This document shows, piece by piece, positions 55,930-58,797 of a stretch of DNA of 58,797 nucleotides. This stretch comes from a virus. Lineage: Duplodnaviria > Caudoviricetes. The notes under the pieces were generated by a model, which did not search any database, was not told the DNA's origin, and worked only from the letters and a program-made list of their open reading frames with translations. Numbering within the stretch: position 1 is the first letter of the stretch; each line of letters begins with the position of its first letter. The position numbers and the translations under genes are program-made. The stretch is from the IMG/VR virus record IMGVR_UViG_3300048837_000207, positions 1-58,797 of that record. One strand, 5' to 3'.

Positions 55930-56345
55930 CGGGAAGCGTCATCCAGATGGATGGCTGTGACGCTTTCGCTGGACGCTTTATTTCCGTTTAGGATCAAGGG
56001 CTTAGGGGGTATTGGGTAAAGGGACCACGTTTTTTTTACACGTAACGCTGTGGGGCTTTGGTCCCCAATCCCCTGACCCTTCTCTCTGCCCTGCCCTCAC
56101 GTGTAACCATCCTCAGTTAGCTCTATACCTCTTTTACCTATTTATATATAAGTATATAATATATAAAGGAATTCATCCAAAAGAAGCGTCCCGCAATTTG
56201 CCGAATAAAGCGTCACATGTTGGCGCTTTCGTGCCGGAAGCCCCGTACAGTACGTGCCGCGATGATAGTAATCCGCCGCTTTTCGGCCCCCCAGCCTCAC
56301 GTTCCCAACACGTAAGGTTCAAAGCTACGTGTTGGGAACGTGTCC
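55930..56345. other. AT-rich non-coding region, putative replication origin / control region
   Basis: TTTATATATAAGTATATAATATATAAA at about 56141-56167, AAGCGTC/GACGCTT repeats, 17-bp perfect inverted repeat. Confidence 0.55.
56298..56342. repeat. perfect 17-bp inverted repeat with 11-nt spacer
   Basis: CACGTTCCCAACACGTA (56298-56314) / TACGTGTTGGGAACGTG (56326-56342). Confidence 0.9.
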
Positions 56346-56413
56346 AGCCATTGCTAGGCTAGCAACACGTGTGGGGAAAAGCCTCAAGGGCCGAGGTTTG
56401 CCATGACGCGGAC

Positions 56414-56442
56414 AAAAAAAGGGAGCGCCTTGCGGCGCTCCC
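56414..56442 (-). terminator. intrinsic terminator
   Basis: GGGAGCGCC-GCAA-GGCGCTCCC followed by T7. Confidence 0.9.
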
Positions 56443-56454
56443 AATTTCGGCCTG

Positions 56455-57192
56455 TTAGCCGACGGCCAGCGGGTTGTTGCGGTACGTGTTGCCGTGCTTC
56501 AGCGACACCGCGCAGTTGTCGGCCCAGAGGACCAACTGCGCCTTTGCCTTGGCATTGAGGCACGCCGGGACCGCAGCGCCCTCGGGCTTGAGGTTCAGGA
56601 TGCGGTCGATCAACGTCGCCACGTCCTTCGCGTACTCCGGTGTCGCGGCGGCGGCGGCCTTGCGGGCTTCCATGACCGCAGCGAGGTTGTACGCCGCGTC
56701 TTTCAACTCTGTGCAGAGTTTGCCCGCGTCCACCACACCGTGGATGATTCCCTGCTCCTTCGCCTGTGCAAGGATCGTGCTGCACGTGAACAGCGCCTTC
56801 GCCCTGCTGTGCTTCTGGTCGCAGGTCCGCTTGATGCGGTCCTGATCTTCCTTCGGCAGCTTCGACGTGTCGCCGTAGGATGCCGCGAGCTTCGCGCGCA
56901 CTGCGTCGGCGTGCTTGTTCACCACTTCCTCGGGGAGCGGCTTCCCGCGCCACTCGGCGGGAACGTGCGGCGCGAAGGACAGCACAGCACCGAGGAACGT
57001 CGTGTCCCTGCTGTGAGTGTCGAACGACTTCACCACTGCATCTTCCAGCGCGGTCCACGCCGACTCGGCGATTGCTAGGCTAGCAACCTCGGGCGTCGTC
57101 TGCTGAACCGCGTTCAGCACGGGCTGGCCACCCTGCGCCGCGAGCTTGGCTTCAAGTTCCGCGATCTTCTGAGCCATTGTCTGTCGAGCCAT
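56455..57192 (-). CDS. monocistronic hypothetical protein (245 aa, Ala/Lys-rich)
   Basis: CAGGAGA RBS before MARQTMAQK; has its own terminator. Confidence 0.75.
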   Translation of the reverse strand: MARQTMAQKIAELEAKLAAQGGQPVLNAVQQTTPEVASLAIAESAWTALEDAVVKSFDTHSRDTTFLGAVLSFAPHVPAEWRGKPLPEEVVNKHADAVRAKLAASYGDTSKLPKEDQDRIKRTCDQKHSRAKALFTCSTILAQAKEQGIIHGVVDAGKLCTELKDAAYNLAAVMEARKAAAAATPEYAKDVATLIDRILNLKPEGAAVPACLNAKAKAQLVLWADNCAVSLKHGNTYRNNPLAVG

Positions 57193-57359
57193 TGCTTTCT
57201 CCTGTGGGACGGTATGTCCATAGGACGGGTGGTGGGGGAGGGGGGGTCCGGCGCTCGGCGTTGCTAGGCTAGCAAGTCGCGGGGCTACCGGGGTGCCGGA
57301 CACCGGCCACCCCCGTCCGTAGGCCCCTATTAGGCACTTCAGCCCCACACCAAGTAGGG

Positions 57360-57389
57360 TAGACAACCTACCCTACCCCGGTTTATCCT
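57360..57389 (+). promoter_or_regulatory. sigma70-like leaderless promoter overlapped by a 9-bp inverted repeat
   Basis: TAGACA-N18-TATCCT-N6-ATG; GTAGGGTAG/CTACCCTAC at 57354-57376. Confidence 0.45.
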
Positions 57390-57395
57390 CCCCCG

Positions 57396-57878
57396 ATGAG
57401 TAAAGCACCGTGGACCAAACCCAAGCTCTGTCGCCGCTGCAAAAACGAGTTTCCGAGAACCCCAAAATTCTTCAGCGGGAAAGGACTCAAAGGAGGGTAC
57501 TGCAGGAAATGCGCTGACGCCGCGCTGGAAGCCTCTCAGCTCAACAACCCGAAGAAGCCCAAACACGAAAGCGGGCACTGGCTGTCGGAGAAGATGAAGC
57601 GCCTGCGGGTCCGCGCAGCGCGGCAGAACGTGCCGTTCGACCTCGACATCGAGTTCATGCGGGAGAAGTACTCGCTGACGCACTGCGAGTTCACCGGCAT
57701 CGAGTTCGCGGCGTCCGGACCGTTCGCGAAGTCGATTGACCGAAGAGATCCTAGCAGTGGGTACGTGAAGGCCAACGTCCAGATGGTGGTGTGGATCCAC
57801 AACGCGGCTCGTGGAAATTGGGGGGACGAAGCACTTGCGCGGTACGTGGCTGCGCTCGTGACGCGGAGGAGAAAATAA
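57396..57878 (+). CDS. HNH-like endonuclease with N-terminal Zn ribbon
   Basis: CRRC...CRKC; CEFTG...SIDRRDPSSGY...NVQMV...HNAARG; resembles 38533-39093. Confidence 0.72.
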   Translation: MSKAPWTKPKLCRRCKNEFPRTPKFFSGKGLKGGYCRKCADAALEASQLNNPKKPKHESGHWLSEKMKRLRVRAARQNVPFDLDIEFMREKYSLTHCEFTGIEFAASGPFAKSIDRRDPSSGYVKANVQMVVWIHNAARGNWGDEALARYVAALVTRRRK

Positions 57879-57879
57879 A

Positions 57880-57907
57880 TTGACTTGTTGTGATTCGTAC
57901 CCATAAT
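57880..57907 (+). promoter_or_regulatory. sigma70-like leaderless promoter
   Basis: TTGACT-N16-CATAAT-N6-ATG(57914). Confidence 0.6.
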
Positions 57908-57913
57908 AGACCC

Positions 57914-58141
57914 ATGACCACCGACGAGTTCTACGCCGCAACCCTCCTCGCCCTCGGCCCTCCGCCCACACTGCGTTACGTCAACCACTACAATGACGCG
58001 GAGCGGGAGTACCGGAAAGAATTCCTCCGCATGGTCCGGCTGTCCGGCGTGTGCACGTATCAGGAATCCGCCGAGTACCTGTATCGGGACTGGCAGTGGG
58101 TCTACCACAACGGGTCCTTCTGCGAGCGCAACAAGCCATGA
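57914..58141 (+). CDS. small hypothetical protein
   Basis: MTTDEFYAATLLALGPPP; ATGA-coupled to next gene. Confidence 0.6.
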   Translation: MTTDEFYAATLLALGPPPTLRYVNHYNDAEREYRKEFLRMVRLSGVCTYQESAEYLYRDWQWVYHNGSFCERNKP

Positions 58142-58347
58142 CCTTCAACGAACTGTTCACCGCTGCCCAGCTCGTCCTCGGCCCTTCACCACGCGATGAA
58201 GCGTCGAACGAAATGACGGCCTACCAGCTCAACCTGCTGAAGTGGTGCGAGGACGCAGGCGTGAAGAAGCTCGACGATCACGAGTACCGCAGGTTGCTGC
58301 TCGGCTGGTACTTCATGTGGGAGGCGGCGAATGCAGCTCGAATTTGA
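58138..58347 (+). CDS. small hypothetical protein
   Basis: MTFNELFTAAQLVLGPSP. Confidence 0.6.
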   Translation: MTFNELFTAAQLVLGPSPRDEASNEMTAYQLNLLKWCEDAGVKKLDDHEYRRLLLGWYFMWEAANAARI

Positions 58348-58364
58348 TTTCCCAGAATCAGGGA

Positions 58365-58393
58365 TTGACACCCACACCCGGCCCACGGATAAT
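58365..58393 (+). promoter_or_regulatory. sigma70-like leaderless promoter
   Basis: TTGACA-N17-GATAAT-N6-ATG(58400). Confidence 0.7.
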
Positions 58394-58399
58394 TCCGGC

Positions 58400-58642
58400 A
58401 TGGACTACGAGACCCTCGCCTCTGCGTTCGCGCTGCTGCACGGCAACCCGCCGAAGTCGTTGCGATACCGACACGGGTTGTTCTCTGCCGACGACAGCAA
58501 GGCCCAGCAGTACCGCAGTGCGTGCGAGAACTTCATCCGTGCGCAGCACCCCCACGCCACGCGGACCCGCGAGCTGTGCAGGCGGCGGCGCAACGACGTA
58601 CTCCGTGCCCTCTATGCCCAACTGGGGATCGAATCGAAATGA
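58400..58642 (+). CDS. small hypothetical protein
   Basis: MDYETLASAFALLHGNPP. Confidence 0.6.
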   Translation: MDYETLASAFALLHGNPPKSLRYRHGLFSADDSKAQQYRSACENFIRAQHPHATRTRELCRRRRNDVLRALYAQLGIESK

Positions 58643-58791
58643 AGAACCTCGTCGAGCCGATACAGGATGCCTACGATCGCGTCGTGGACTTCGTCGTGAA
58701 GCACGAGTGCGAGGGCTGCAAGAAGCGCCGGAAGAAGGTCAAGGCGTTCTTCGATCGCACGAAGCGCGACTGGCTGCGGAGGCGCAAGTGA
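58639..58791 (+). CDS. small basic protein with CxxC
   Basis: ATGA overlap; CEGCKKRRKK. Confidence 0.5.
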   Translation: MKNLVEPIQDAYDRVVDFVVKHECEGCKKRRKKVKAFFDRTKRDWLRRRK

Positions 58792-58797
58792 AGCGGG

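Larger units (their letters stand above)
45765..57275. repeat. dispersed 15-bp palindrome TTGCTA-N3-TAGCAA, 11 copies
   Basis: Starts at 45765, 48469, 50173, 52530, 53638, 54238, 55137, 55915, 56351, 57072, 57261. Confidence 0.9.

Noticed and set aside
56012-56362. 116-aa ORF across the AT-rich region
   Set aside because: TTG start without RBS, atypical composition, and it runs through repeats; more likely non-coding
45765-57275. Palindromic repeats as a CRISPR array, REP elements or terminators
   Set aside because: Spacing is irregular (0.2-2.7 kb), units are 15 bp, some are in-frame in genes, the loop is only 1-3 nt and there are no U tracts
58788-58797. Exact circular join of the window end to position 1
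   Set aside because: The GTG at 58788 is not in frame with the methyltransferase at position 1 and no terminal overlap is visible; some sequence is probably missing

Overview
This window is a near-complete, high-GC (roughly 65% by eye) tailed dsDNA phage genome with podovirus-type architecture; the first gene is cut off at position 1. From left to right: a methyltransferase/glycosyltransferase cluster (1-2748, +); terminase genes in inverted orientation (2699-4595, -); an HslV/proteasome-like Ntn peptidase and a metallophosphoesterase; the virion module (portal, scaffold, major capsid, adaptors, tail tube, LamG-type fibres, GH108 endolysin, holin, ejection proteins and a 3610-aa polyvalent protein; 6565-33840, +); a replication module (primase-helicase, SSB-like protein, SNF2 helicase, VRR-NUC, Cas4-like nuclease, family A DNA polymerase, dNMP kinase; 34024-45490, -); an early/accessory module (MoxR-like AAA with VWA-metallopeptidase, PRTase, many small ORFs; 45780-57192, -) containing an AT-rich putative origin; and a short divergent (+) cluster with apparently leaderless promoters. 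I found no integrase, repressor, RNA polymerase, tRNA or CRISPR array. The most striking unexplained signal is a pair of interleaved DNA motifs confined to 45.5-57.3 kb. One is 11 copies of the palindrome TTGCTA-N3-TAGCAA, three of them inside coding sequence. The other is about 8 same-orientation copies of AA(A/G)TGATAG(T/C). Other notable points are an AUA start codon coupled to a micro-ORF, an AAA ATPase with co-altered Walker A/B motifs, and a pseudoknotted leader RNA candidate. All functional calls come from motif recognition by eye; no searches were run.
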